In this document: one piece after another, positions 47,758-55,875 of the stretch | Layout: every line of letters starts with the position of its first letter | How positions within the stretch are numbered: the first letter of the stretch is position 1 | Notes under the pieces: generated by a model | What the model saw: the letters and a program-made list of their open reading frames with translations, nothing else | What the model was told of the DNA's origin: nothing | The model's database searches: none | Made by a program: the position numbers and the translations under genes | IMG/VR virus record: IMGVR_UViG_3300046408_000009 | Location: 1-64,000 of that record | DNA from: a virus | Lineage: Duplodnaviria; Caudoviricetes | DNA length: 64,000 nucleotides | Reading direction: 5' to 3' (one strand)

Positions 47758-48047
47758 GGTAGCCCGTACTGCGCACGTTCCGCACGGTGTGCAGGGTTGG
47801 CAAGTCTCTGAGCCATCCGGACACGATTTTGATCAATACAACTCTGTGCAGCGGCAACAGCCTCCTCACGAGTCACATAAGCAACCATTTTGATTTGCTT
47901 CGTCCACCCATCACCGTGAATTCCCCCGGTCGAAAACTTGATGATTGGTACATAGGGGAACTTCGGGTTTCGTCCGCGTTTAGCGGCAGTCGCTACGCCA
48001 AAATCAAACCCAGCAACCACCCGTTCAATGTCTTGTGTCAGTGTCAT
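47742..48047 (-). CDS. Hypothetical protein (leaderless)
   Basis: ATG 6 nt after the TATGAT box. Confidence 0.75.
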   Translation of the reverse strand: MTLTQDIERVVAGFDFGVATAAKRGRNPKFPYVPIIKFSTGGIHGDGWTKQIKMVAYVTREEAVAAAQSCIDQNRVRMAQRLANPAHRAERAQYGLPWEIV

Positions 48048-48053
48048 ATAAAT

Positions 48054-48082
48054 ATCATAACATCCTTTTTGCAAATTTGCAA
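48054..48082 (-). promoter_or_regulatory. Promoter TTGCAA-17-TATGAT with tandem TTTGCAAA
   Basis: Exact 17-nt spacer; leaderless ATG 6 nt downstream. Confidence 0.85.
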
Positions 48083-48097
48083 ATTTCCAAACAAAAA

Positions 48098-48119
48098 TCC
48101 GGGCCATTTCTGGCCCGGA
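48098..48119 (-). terminator. Intrinsic terminator
   Basis: TCCGGGCCA-GAAA-TGGCCCGGA hairpin followed by TTTTTGTTT on the minus strand. Confidence 0.85.
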
Positions 48120-48161
48120 CTTCTGTGTCAATGGGTTTCCGCAAGCGTCTAAATACTAACC

Positions 48162-48542
48162 CTACGCCGTGGCGGGTGGCGTCTGCGTCTGTGCAGCAGC
48201 GGACGCAGCCGCGTTGGTGGTCGGTGCCTGTGGAGTCAACTTCAACTGCGTAGGTGCGCTCGCGCCCACGTCGAATGTTTCGGTGCCGCTCCACGGCGTA
48301 CCGCCTACGGTGAACTTCGCCGTCACTACAACCGCCGCGTCCAAGGGACCGTTCGCCGTCACGGTGATGCCGGAGTTGTCCGCGTTGGGGGTAGCCGTCA
48401 ACGACGCCGGGTCCGATGACGTGACGGTGAGACTGCCCGCGTCGACGGTCGGTGACGTGGCCGGGTTGCCGAATTCATCTTCGAACACGAAGAGAACATC
48501 GGAACTCTGATTGTCCTGCAAGCCAAATGGAACAGTGCTCAT
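48162..48542 (-). CDS. Ig-like beta-sandwich protein
   Basis: FEDEFGNP...LTVTSSDPA.LTATP...VVVTA pattern. Confidence 0.75.
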   Translation of the reverse strand: MSTVPFGLQDNQSSDVLFVFEDEFGNPATSPTVDAGSLTVTSSDPASLTATPNADNSGITVTANGPLDAAVVVTAKFTVGGTPWSGTETFDVGASAPTQLKLTPQAPTTNAAASAAAQTQTPPATA

Positions 48543-48553
48543 AATCTTTTCCT

Positions 48554-48715
48554 TTACTGATTAGTTGTGGGTGTTTGGGGTTCAAGAACTACTTGTGTTG
48601 CGGGTCCCGCTGGTGCTGCGACGGGGGTGACCATGAACTCAATGATGTCGTCAAGTCGATCAATAATTGTTTCGAGAAGGCTAATCTGCTTCCGTCGAAA
48701 ATCCTCTTCGTCCAT
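48554..48715 (-). CDS. 53-aa protein
   Basis: MDEEDFRRKQISLLETIIDRLDDIIEFMVTPVAAPAGPATQVVLEPQTPTTNQ, with an upstream GGAG RBS. Confidence 0.7.
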   Translation of the reverse strand: MDEEDFRRKQISLLETIIDRLDDIIEFMVTPVAAPAGPATQVVLEPQTPTTNQ

Positions 48716-48738
48716 ACGTCTCCTTCGTCCGTTCCACC

Positions 48739-49017
48739 TTAGCGTGGAATTGCAAACTGTGACAATTTTTCGAGATACGTAAATTCTTCCGGCGTCAGGT
48801 GCGTACCCGATTCCAGCCAGAATCGAGTGCCGTGAGTGGTCATCGAAACTCCCCTCGGATTACTGAGAAGTTTCTGCAAAATGTTCTCGGCCATTTGCAA
48901 ACGTTCAATCGTTTCAGCGGCCTCAACGCGATCAGCCTGTCGATTATGGGGAATCCCGTGCTGTTGTCGCAGCCGATCCACCACGATTTGAGAATCGAGT
49001 GCGCTCATTATATCCAC
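48739..49017 (-). CDS. Hypothetical protein
   Basis: 92 aa, tightly packed. Confidence 0.65.
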   Translation of the reverse strand: MDIMSALDSQIVVDRLRQQHGIPHNRQADRVEAAETIERLQMAENILQKLLSNPRGVSMTTHGTRFWLESGTHLTPEEFTYLEKLSQFAIPR

Positions 49018-49289
49018 GCCTTATGCATGAGATCATCCAACGTCATCGCATTCAGACTCTCTAATTGAACGTCGACCACGTTGGTGATCGGCGTGGCGCG
49101 TCGGTACTCCGCTCCTCGACAGACGCGGGTCATCTCCTCACGTTGCTCGTCAGTGATTTGACTGTAATTAGTGCACTCGAATATCTCCCCGCGCACTCGA
49201 ATGAACTGCGGTGGAGGCCACGACGGTGCGTGGTAAACACCCTGAATTCCGTCGACCAAAATGTGATCGTCCTGAAACAACTTACTCAT
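49008..49289 (-). CDS. Hypothetical protein
   Basis: 93 aa; upstream RBS and TTGCAA-18-TAGCAT promoter (49313-49342). Confidence 0.7.
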   Translation of the reverse strand: MSKLFQDDHILVDGIQGVYHAPSWPPPQFIRVRGEIFECTNYSQITDEQREEMTRVCRGAEYRRATPITNVVDVQLESLNAMTLDDLMHKAWI

Positions 49290-49315
49290 CTCTCATCCTC
49301 TCGTCGTGGCAGATG

Positions 49316-49492
49316 CTACAACTCTTGCATCCACTTTTGCAATTCTGTTTTCTCCGCTGAACTCCACATCACTACTCGGCGTCCGGACCACCAGCGATGG
49401 TTCTCGTGCTCACCGCTCAGGCGGCACCGAACTGCGGGACCGGGACCAGTGTTGACGTGTCGACAACGTTCTATTTCTCCCACGGACCCCAT
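49316..49492 (-). CDS. 58-aa Cys/His microprotein
   Basis: MGSVGEIERCRHVNTGPGPAVRCRLSGEHENHRWWSGRRVVMWSSAEKTELQKWMQEL, translated by hand. Confidence 0.6.
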   Translation of the reverse strand: MGSVGEIERCRHVNTGPGPAVRCRLSGEHENHRWWSGRRVVMWSSAEKTELQKWMQEL

Positions 49493-49812
49493 GTCTTTTC
49501 TCGTTGAAGTCGTGCAAAAACTTCGTCTCGACTGAACACGACGTCGAGTTTCGCGTTAAAGAATCGCTCGTACGCGTCCGCTGGCCAATCCTGTCCTAAC
49601 ACAGCGTCGTGAATGGTGCCGTTCGGATTAATGCACCACGCGTGATCAATGCGCGGACACCCCTCACCTTGGATCGATCCGTGTACCAGTTGTGTGTTCG
49701 CGTGCATTTGCACGAACAGCGCATTCTCGCGGAAACACCACCCCAGACGGGTCCTAAACGCGTCGTGTTGATCCGTAGTGCCTTCTGTCTGCACGTTCAT
49801 GAACTCAGTCAT
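49471..49812 (-). CDS. Hypothetical phage protein
   Basis: LGWCFRENA...LVHG...RIDHAWC...IHDA motif (Cys-His-Asp, possibly papain/transglutaminase-like). Confidence 0.7.
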   Translation of the reverse strand: MTEFMNVQTEGTTDQHDAFRTRLGWCFRENALFVQMHANTQLVHGSIQGEGCPRIDHAWCINPNGTIHDAVLGQDWPADAYERFFNAKLDVVFSRDEVFARLQREKTWGPWEK

Positions 49813-50086
49813 GCTTGAAATAATAGACGTGCAGAACAACGTCCCCTATCTGGACCGTGTCGAGAAATTTCCACCCGACCAAACCATCACCAACTGGTTC
49901 CCCGGTCATTAGGCACTGAAACACGAACGTCGCAGAAGACCCCTCTACTAAATCTTCGTCCTTCTGTTCAATCCACACTACAACCGAGTCCCGCTGATTT
50001 TGTGCCGACAGTACTTGCGACCCCTGCGGAACTATGAACTCAGTGGGACCTCTGACGGCTAATTGATGTTTGAAAACAACCCTCAT
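49805..50086 (-). CDS. Conserved small phage protein
   Basis: VFKHQL...PQGSQVLSAQNQ...VW...MTGE...FLDTVQ...VLHVY pattern. Confidence 0.75.
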   Translation of the reverse strand: MRVVFKHQLAVRGPTEFIVPQGSQVLSAQNQRDSVVVWIEQKDEDLVEGSSATFVFQCLMTGEPVGDGLVGWKFLDTVQIGDVVLHVYYFKHD

Positions 50087-50349
50087 CGCGACTCTCTCAA
50101 TTCCTCAAGGATCGCACGACGCTCCTGTTCGATCTTGTTGAGATCGATACCAAAAAATTCCGCGAAGAGTTCTTCGATTCGGGCATGAATCGGCGTCAAT
50201 TTCGTGTCCTCGTACTCGTCGTACTTGACCCACTCCGCAATGACGAATTCCTTTTCGTCACGAAGCCAGTCAACAAAGCGAGTGAGGGTGTCAGCCTCAC
50301 CGCTCTCAATGACAGCGTGTTGTTTATCAAGTTCTGGTGTGTTGATCAC
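50083..50349 (-). CDS. Hypothetical phage protein
   Basis: FVDWL...IEELFAEFFGIDLNKIEQERRAILEELR. Confidence 0.75.
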   Translation of the reverse strand: MINTPELDKQHAVIESGEADTLTRFVDWLRDEKEFVIAEWVKYDEYEDTKLTPIHARIEELFAEFFGIDLNKIEQERRAILEELRESR

Positions 50350-50945
50350 TTAGCGTCAACCTTTCCGTTAGCCGTCCACGTAAAGGCGTTAAAGTCCGCC
50401 TTCTCTTGCTGAAGCACCGCACTGACGAGCCGGTTCGCTTCGCTCGTCGCTTCAATCGCGTTGGCGTAGTCGAGCAAAGCACCTTCGACATCAGAACTGA
50501 GTCGCAAATGGTGGACCCCGACCGCTTCACGAATCGCACCCCAGGGTTCGTTGCGTTCCCCGGCGAGACGTTGAATTGCTCGTCCCAGTGCGTTGTTGGC
50601 GGAATCCCGGTACGCGGTCCTACCCTCGGCGATGTTCGTGTTCAGCCACTCAACGACGGCTAACTGCGTAGCATCGTCACAAGCGCGGCGAGCGACCTGT
50701 GACAGTTCACTCACGCGACGTCCGTTCTCGTCCACCACGTGCGCGTCTTGCACATAATACCGCCAGTCACTCAATCCCTGAGAGTGCGTGTACCGGCTGA
50801 CCTTCTGACTGAACCGAATAGTCTCACCGCGCCAGGTTCCGGAGAAGTACAAATACACCTCTTCGGTATCAATGGCGAACTGTCGACCAAACTTGATGTG
50901 GTGAGAATTCGATCCCTCGAACTTGATGTCCTTGACCTGAGTCAT
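50346..50945 (-). CDS. Hypothetical protein
   Basis: 199 aa; overlaps neighbours. Confidence 0.75.
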   Translation of the reverse strand: MTQVKDIKFEGSNSHHIKFGRQFAIDTEEVYLYFSGTWRGETIRFSQKVSRYTHSQGLSDWRYYVQDAHVVDENGRRVSELSQVARRACDDATQLAVVEWLNTNIAEGRTAYRDSANNALGRAIQRLAGERNEPWGAIREAVGVHHLRLSSDVEGALLDYANAIEATSEANRLVSAVLQQEKADFNAFTWTANGKVDAK

Positions 50946-51067
50946 TGTCTATCTTCCTTTTCCTGGTTGTCGGTTTCCTGCTGCACATCTTCACTAACGG
51001 GGGGAAATGCTTCTAGCCACGCACACCCCTCGTGGTCCACTTGGTGCAACTCACACCACATAATCAT
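50942..51067 (-). CDS. 41-aa microprotein
   Basis: MIMWCELHQVDHEGCAWLEAFPPVSEDVQQETDNQEKEDRQ; GAAGGA RBS; ATGA overlap with the next gene. Confidence 0.55.
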   Translation of the reverse strand: MIMWCELHQVDHEGCAWLEAFPPVSEDVQQETDNQEKEDRQ

Positions 51068-51090
51068 TTTTGATTCCTTCCTTCGCAGAG

Positions 51091-51119
51091 ATCGTACCTG
51101 ACTTTTTGCAAATTTGCAA
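51091..51119 (-). promoter_or_regulatory. Promoter TTGCAA-17-TACGAT with tandem TTTGCAAA
   Basis: Exact spacing. Confidence 0.85.
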
Positions 51120-51120
51120 A

Positions 51121-51558
51121 TTAGTGCCCGTACAACTCCTCAGCGATCTTGTTGTATTCGCGAGTCTGAACCGAATCGTTGATGATCCAGTGAAGTCCCG
51201 CGTAGCACTTTCCCCCGCCGCCGTACGCACCGCGCAAATCACAGTCTTGCTCGCACTCCACGCACCACCCCGCTGTTCCGGCGCACACCTCACAAAAGTC
51301 GGTGACCTTGAGAGACTTGCACCACGCGAGATTGTCGCTGTTCGTGCATTGGTGATGACGCTCGCAGATTACGAGATACTTACCATCATCTCCGCCCTCG
51401 TCCCATACCGTCAAGCCACCCTTGGCGTAAAGCGCACCGTTAGCGTGGACCGTGCGCGTATGAAACGCGAGTCCAGTACGGAACCCGTTAGGGCGAACAA
51501 ACTTCGCACCACAGCCCTTCACGGGGCACTTGTAACCAGGGTACCTAGAAGCGACCAT
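51121..51558 (-). CDS. Cys/His-rich zinc-finger protein
   Basis: CPVKGC...FH...VH, CERH, CEVC, CVEC motifs. Confidence 0.7.
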   Translation of the reverse strand: MVASRYPGYKCPVKGCGAKFVRPNGFRTGLAFHTRTVHANGALYAKGGLTVWDEGGDDGKYLVICERHHQCTNSDNLAWCKSLKVTDFCEVCAGTAGWCVECEQDCDLRGAYGGGGKCYAGLHWIINDSVQTREYNKIAEELYGH

Positions 51559-51793
51559 CGCGCACACCCTCCTCGTACTCGACGTCCCACTTGTGGTCCT
51601 CGATGTCGCGCTTGATGCTCGCTTCGATGGCACCCCCACTGCGGGTCTCCCACTCGTGGGTCAGGCACTTGGCTTCCCAGCGATTGTGGATGAATCCGCG
51701 AGTCCGGGGAATCAACTCGTCCTTGCCAGTCTGCCAGTCACGGCACACCGCGAACCACTTGATCCGGCACTTGGAAACTTGGGTCTCTGTCAC
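51545..51793 (-). CDS. Hypothetical protein (leaderless, GTG start)
   Basis: GTG 7 nt after the TACACT box. Confidence 0.7.
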   Translation of the reverse strand: MTETQVSKCRIKWFAVCRDWQTGKDELIPRTRGFIHNRWEAKCLTHEWETRSGGAIEASIKRDIEDHKWDVEYEEGVRDGRF

Positions 51794-51800
51794 GTAAGTA

Positions 51801-51829
51801 AGTGTAGTCGAAAATTTGCAAATTTGCAA
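51801..51829 (-). promoter_or_regulatory. Promoter TTGCAA-17-TACACT with tandem TTTGCAAA
   Basis: Exact spacing. Confidence 0.85.
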
Positions 51830-51833
51830 ATTA

Positions 51834-52019
51834 CTAGGACAACACCGCCCTTTCGTTCACGTACTTTTCGATGGCGTCAGCGGCCACCCGGAGATCGCGA
51901 GCGACCGTCATCAGGTCGGTGCGATTCCACAGGTACTTCGGATTGAGACCCACGTTCTTCAACTCACGAGCGTTGTTGATTGCCTGTGAGAGACGTCCTC
52001 GTAATTCGGTCTTGGTCAT
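51834..52019 (-). CDS. Hypothetical protein
   Basis: TGATG overlap with the upstream gene; 61 aa. Confidence 0.65.
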   Translation of the reverse strand: MTKTELRGRLSQAINNARELKNVGLNPKYLWNRTDLMTVARDLRVAADAIEKYVNERAVLS

Positions 52020-52444
52020 CAGTCCATCCTCGATCCCGCGTGAGCATTGAGACCATTCTGACGCAGCACCTCCGCGAACGCGCCGCACGCGGCTTCCTTC
52101 AATTGCATCGACTGTCCGAATTCAGCGTCACGAGATTCAGAGACGCAGTCATTACCCCACAACTGCCAACCACCGCCGTACGCGCTAGAGCCGATGCCCC
52201 CGCGACCGTACTTGCCGGGTTGTTTCTTGAGCCACGCCACGAACGCACCGCGAGCGGGCTTGATGGTGACCCACGCGAACCCGCAGGGACCGCCAGAGCA
52301 GTACCATTGTTCACCGGTTGATTCGTCACGAACGACCATCGCACGCAAGCGCGACTTCTCGTCCTCGTACGCGGCCTGAGCCGCCTTCTGCGCCGCCTGG
52401 TAAACCTCAGCGGGGCTTAATTTCTTGGTTTGGGTGTCTGTCAT
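52019..52444 (-). CDS. Hypothetical phage protein (leaderless)
   Basis: GPCGFAWVTIKPARGAFVAWLKK...GGGWQLW...QSM.LKEAAC.AFAEVL conserved-looking pattern. Confidence 0.8.
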   Translation of the reverse strand: MTDTQTKKLSPAEVYQAAQKAAQAAYEDEKSRLRAMVVRDESTGEQWYCSGGPCGFAWVTIKPARGAFVAWLKKQPGKYGRGGIGSSAYGGGWQLWGNDCVSESRDAEFGQSMQLKEAACGAFAEVLRQNGLNAHAGSRMD

Positions 52445-52451
52445 ATGAATA

Positions 52452-52516
52452 ACTATAGTGCCAAATTTGCAAATTTGCAAAATATTTTTGCAAATTTGCA
52501 AAAAATAAACTACGAT
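52452..52516. promoter_or_regulatory. Back-to-back divergent promoters with four (T)TTGCAAA boxes
   Basis: Minus: TTGCAA(52480-52475)-17-TATAGT; plus: TTGCAA(52488-52493)-17-TACGAT; both give leaderless starts. Confidence 0.9.
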
Positions 52517-52522
52517 ATTTAT

Positions 52523-52843
52523 ATGACAGAAACCATCAATAACCAATCCATTCAAACCACTGAAAGGATCACTAGTTTCACCACGGTCAGCGGTTTGACC
52601 TTCAGCATTGAGGGGAAGAAATTCGTCACCCGTAAGCCCAAGGGTTTTCGTGTCGGCTTCAGCGAAGAATTAGCCTGCAGTCACCGCGACATCTCTACCT
52701 GTGACCAATGCGCGGGCACCTACGCCAACATCATCGAAGTCTACGGTACACACTACTGGGTCCGCGACTACAGCGAGTGGTTGGAGCAGGTCCGTGAGTT
52801 CGCCCTTCTCGACGCTGAGTACGCGAATGAGGAAACCAATTAA
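52523..52843 (+). CDS. Hypothetical protein (leaderless)
   Basis: ATG 6 nt after TACGAT; CSH...CDQC motif. Confidence 0.75.
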   Translation: MTETINNQSIQTTERITSFTTVSGLTFSIEGKKFVTRKPKGFRVGFSEELACSHRDISTCDQCAGTYANIIEVYGTHYWVRDYSEWLEQVREFALLDAEYANEETN

Positions 52844-52844
52844 T

Positions 52845-52872
52845 CTGCAAATTTGCAAAAATCTGCTACAAT
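52845..52872 (+). promoter_or_regulatory. Promoter CTGCAA-16-TACAAT with TTTGCAAA in the spacer
   Basis: Leaderless ATG at 52879. Confidence 0.75.
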
Positions 52873-52878
52873 ATCCGT

Positions 52879-53076
52879 ATGAGTGAAACCAGAGAAAGGG
52901 TCCCCGTGGCCAAGACAGTGAATCAACAGATTGCCGAATTCTTAGGTGTGACCGAAGAGGTTGGCGCACGAGTTCGTGACCAGATTGATGAGTTGGGGTT
53001 GCTCGACTGGAGCGAATGCACCGACCGAGAATTTAAGGCGGCGTGCCGTGAAGCATTAGCGGACATCGCCGGATGA
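52879..53076 (+). CDS. Hypothetical protein
   Basis: 65 aa, leaderless. Confidence 0.75.
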   Translation: MSETRERVPVAKTVNQQIAEFLGVTEEVGARVRDQIDELGLLDWSECTDREFKAACREALADIAG

Positions 53077-53267
53077 AATCACTCCCTCTGGATAGAGAAC
53101 GATGCCACTACGATGTGACGGGTTACCCCATTGACTTCGAGAACCGATGTATGCGACGTGCGCGTTGGGTACTTGAATCACCTACCCACGGCAAACATGA
53201 AAATTTTGCACGCAGCACGCCAATCATGGAACGTCATGGGTGGAAGAATCGAGTTGAATTCAAGTGA
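53073..53267 (+). CDS. Hypothetical protein
   Basis: ATGA overlaps on both sides. Confidence 0.6.
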   Translation: MKSLPLDRERCHYDVTGYPIDFENRCMRRARWVLESPTHGKHENFARSTPIMERHGWKNRVEFK

Positions 53268-53890
53268 TGAAAACACTCGAACTATTCTCCGGCACTGAAT
53301 CATTCTCCAACGCCGCCCGCGAGCGCGGACACCAAACATTCACATCGGACTTCGATCCACAATTCGATAGTGACTACACCGTCGACATCATGCAACTCGA
53401 TACCGCACGTCTCCCGTTCCGACCCGATGTGTTGTGGGCGAGTCCACCATGTGAGACATTCAGCGTTGCCAGCCTTGGTCGATATTGGTGGAAGGACGAA
53501 GATGGTCTCCACCCTAGGAATGACATCGCTCGCGCGGGTATCGCCCGCGTCGAGAGAACGTTAGAGATCATCGATGAGTTACAACCAAAAGTCTGGATTA
53601 TCGAGAACCCCCGTGGGGCACTGCGCAAGATGAAATTCATGCAGGACTTTGCACGATACACCGTGACCTATTGCCAATATGGTGACGTCCGGATGAAGCC
53701 CACGGACCTGTGGTCGAATGTTGATGATCTCGTATTCAAACCGATTTGCAAAAACGGGGCACCGTGTCATATCGCTGCACCTCGCGGAAGTCAGACTGGA
53801 ACGCAGGGACCTAAAAGTTACCTTGAGAAGTCTCGTGTCCCACATCAACTGTGTGTGTGTGTGGTCCAACAATTCGAGGAAAGGATGTGA
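53264..53890 (+). CDS. Short DNA (cytosine-5)-methyltransferase-like protein
   Basis: LELFSG (I), WASPPCETFS (IV), IIENP (VI), QYG..RMKPT (VIII). Confidence 0.85.
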   Translation: MMKTLELFSGTESFSNAARERGHQTFTSDFDPQFDSDYTVDIMQLDTARLPFRPDVLWASPPCETFSVASLGRYWWKDEDGLHPRNDIARAGIARVERTLEIIDELQPKVWIIENPRGALRKMKFMQDFARYTVTYCQYGDVRMKPTDLWSNVDDLVFKPICKNGAPCHIAAPRGSQTGTQGPKSYLEKSRVPHQLCVCVVQQFEERM

Positions 53891-54078
53891 TGGACGAGTT
53901 CACTGAACGCCACCTCGCCCGCTGGATCGACGCCAGCGTGTACGAGGATGATCGGGCGCAATTCCACGCGTACGCGACCCGATGCATTAACGACGATCCG
54001 ACGTACGACTGGAACTACCCCAGCCTGTACCGATCATTTCTACTTCAACAAAAAACCAACAAGAAAGAGACCACATGA
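53890..54078 (+). CDS. Hypothetical protein
   Basis: TGATG overlap; 62 aa. Confidence 0.65.
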   Translation: MDEFTERHLARWIDASVYEDDRAQFHAYATRCINDDPTYDWNYPSLYRSFLLQQKTNKKETT

Positions 54079-54488
54079 CTGAAAGAATTGCAACGTCCAC
54101 TCGACACCGTACGGCGAGAATCATCGCCGCCGCGATTGTGATTGGCATCTTCATCGCCATCGTTTCATCCGTGAGTTCTCACGGCGGTGGAGGCCCCTAC
54201 AGCGCCCAGGTGACGAGCGTGACGCCGCTGCAGGGTCCCGGTAACTACGTGCGCGTCGACTACACCGTGACCAACGCGGGGAGTGCGTCGGGGTCACCGT
54301 CGTGCCAGATCGACATCCAACTCAACGACGTGAACGGCAACCCCATGGCCAGTGGATCGGACGCGATGTCGGGGACCAACACCGTCCCGGCCCACGGCTC
54401 GCAGGCGTTCTACGCCGATATCGTGGTGACGAATAACGACGCGTTCTACGTGACTAACCCGTCGATGGTGACTATCAGCGGGTGCTGA
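54075..54488 (+). CDS. Membrane-anchored protein with extracytoplasmic Ig-like domain
   Basis: TM segment IIAAAIVIGIFIAIVSSV, then beta-rich YTVTNAG...VPAHGSQAFY. Confidence 0.8.
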   Translation: MTERIATSTRHRTARIIAAAIVIGIFIAIVSSVSSHGGGGPYSAQVTSVTPLQGPGNYVRVDYTVTNAGSASGSPSCQIDIQLNDVNGNPMASGSDAMSGTNTVPAHGSQAFYADIVVTNNDAFYVTNPSMVTISGC

Positions 54489-54495
54489 CGGCAAA

Positions 54496-54523
54496 GAACC
54501 CCTGACCGCTGAGTCAGGGGTTC
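54496..54523. terminator. Bidirectional terminator hairpin
   Basis: GAACCCCTGAC-CGCTGA-GTCAGGGGTTC, 11-bp perfect stem between convergent units. Confidence 0.85.
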
Positions 54524-54553
54524 TCCGCCAGCGTTTAGGCATCGCCACTCCAG

Positions 54554-54656
54554 AAGCCTTCAGCGATCAATTAGGAAGAACTGCAACACCATCCAAAGGC
54601 TGATCCCAGAGTGTTCCTACACCCGTCGCAGTTGTCAATTGATCGTTTTCCGGCTT
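54554..54656 (-). ncRNA. Putative structured small RNA of unknown class
   Basis: Own promoter TTGCAT-17-TATGAT (54691-54663) with predicted +1 at 54656; nested helices of 5, 9 and 9 bp capped by two hairpins; no plausible ORF; downstream terminator. Confidence 0.75.
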
Positions 54657-54719
54657 GCAGAAATCATAGTTGATGGTTACTGCAAATGCAAATCTAACTT
54701 ACGGGATCGTCGGGTGGGT

Positions 54720-54962
54720 TCATGATCGAAACTTGTGGTCGTAGACGTTGTTGGCTGTTCCGGGGGTGTGCCAGATACTCTCTCGTACGTCATCACACCC
54801 ACGGTATGTACATTTTGCGTCCGGGTCCTCAACGGCCAGCGGTGCATTGATAATTTGCAGAATAGCGTCACGTTCATTCGCCGTCAACACATTAGAAAAT
54901 TTCGAATTCTCGATCACTGCACGAATGGCGTCGAGTTTAGAAATTTGTTCGTTGTCGTTCAT
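54720..54962 (-). CDS. Hypothetical protein
   Basis: 80 aa; ATGA overlap. Confidence 0.7.
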   Translation of the reverse strand: MNDNEQISKLDAIRAVIENSKFSNVLTANERDAILQIINAPLAVEDPDAKCTYRGCDDVRESIWHTPGTANNVYDHKFRS

Positions 54963-55234
54963 AGTGGCTTACCGCACGCTGGGCAGAAATTATACCCGTC
55001 GCTCTTCCATATTTTGTGCGATGCACTGTTTTGGTACCAACACTTCAACAGATCACGAGTCATTACGACGTCCTCAATTCGTTGCATAAACATCTGCGCA
55101 TCGTCGGGTGTTGAAAATCCTCGAACCGTTAGGGTGACGTTTGCGCAAAATCCGTCGAGACGTTCATCAACCGCGTAGGGGACAATACTTTCGTCACGCG
55201 GGTTGGCGCGTCCGAATTCGTCCCATTCCATCAT
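54959..55234 (-). CDS. Hypothetical protein with C-terminal Zn ribbon
   Basis: KCW...YNFCPACGKPL. Confidence 0.75.
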   Translation of the reverse strand: MMEWDEFGRANPRDESIVPYAVDERLDGFCANVTLTVRGFSTPDDAQMFMQRIEDVVMTRDLLKCWYQNSASHKIWKSDGYNFCPACGKPL

Positions 55235-55875
55235 GGATTCGCTTTCTTAAACTGTTGCGCGAACTTCTGGCTACAGAGACTTCGAAGATCGGCGTCGGTG
55301 TGTACAGAATCTACAAACGGCGCGAACTCTTTTATGCGATGCACCATGCTTTTATGTTCAACGGACAGTGCCGGTTTTCTCCCCGGTCGCTTCCAGAACG
55401 AATCAATTTTGTTAGGAACTTCTTCAAAGGTTTTGTATAGTTTAGGTGGTGGATTAAACACTCCCCATAGTGCCGTCTTTTTAGTCCAGGGACTTCCGTA
55501 TTCATAGGGTTGATATGTCCAATCAGGCTTCCCTAGGAAATCACGCAGACGCCCCGTGGCCGGGTTTTCGATCACCCACCAGACGGGTGACGATGCGTCG
55601 ATAATTCGTAGACACTCATTGACCAATGCCATTCCATTTTCAGGACTACGCGCCTTCCCGCCTTGACGAGCGGTGGAAAACTCTGTACAGACCGGATTGG
55701 CAATAATTCCGTGAACCTCCTGAGGAGGGCAATAGTTTTCAACTCCTATATCTTTCCCGATGCGAATGACGTGATAATCAGGATCAACTTGGTAAGGCCA
55801 CGAATCGCTGCCCGTGTCCGCGCATAGATGAAGAATTGTTTTCAATTTCGTCTTTCGTCTTTCGTCTCTGGTCAT
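55231..55875 (-). CDS. Divergent DNA cytosine methyltransferase-like protein
   Basis: TILHLCADTGS (degenerate motif I), IANPVCTEFS (IV), WVIENP (VI), YGSPWTKKTALWG (VIII). Confidence 0.75.
   Translation of the reverse strand: MTRDERRKTKLKTILHLCADTGSDSWPYQVDPDYHVIRIGKDIGVENYCPPQEVHGIIANPVCTEFSTARQGGKARSPENGMALVNECLRIIDASSPVWWVIENPATGRLRDFLGKPDWTYQPYEYGSPWTKKTALWGVFNPPPKLYKTFEEVPNKIDSFWKRPGRKPALSVEHKSMVHRIKEFAPFVDSVHTDADLRSLCSQKFAQQFKKANP

Noticed and set aside
49345-49470. GC-rich apparent intergenic stretch with small hairpins, first considered an ncRNA
   Set aside because: It is covered by an overlapping 58-aa ORF (49316-49492) with a phage-typical C..C...H..H motif, so coding is the simpler explanation.
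54294-54548. Minus-strand ORF MAMPKRWRR with a GGAG RBS downstream of the ncRNA
   Set aside because: It reads through the terminator hairpin and lies antisense to a clear plus-strand gene; shadow-like composition.
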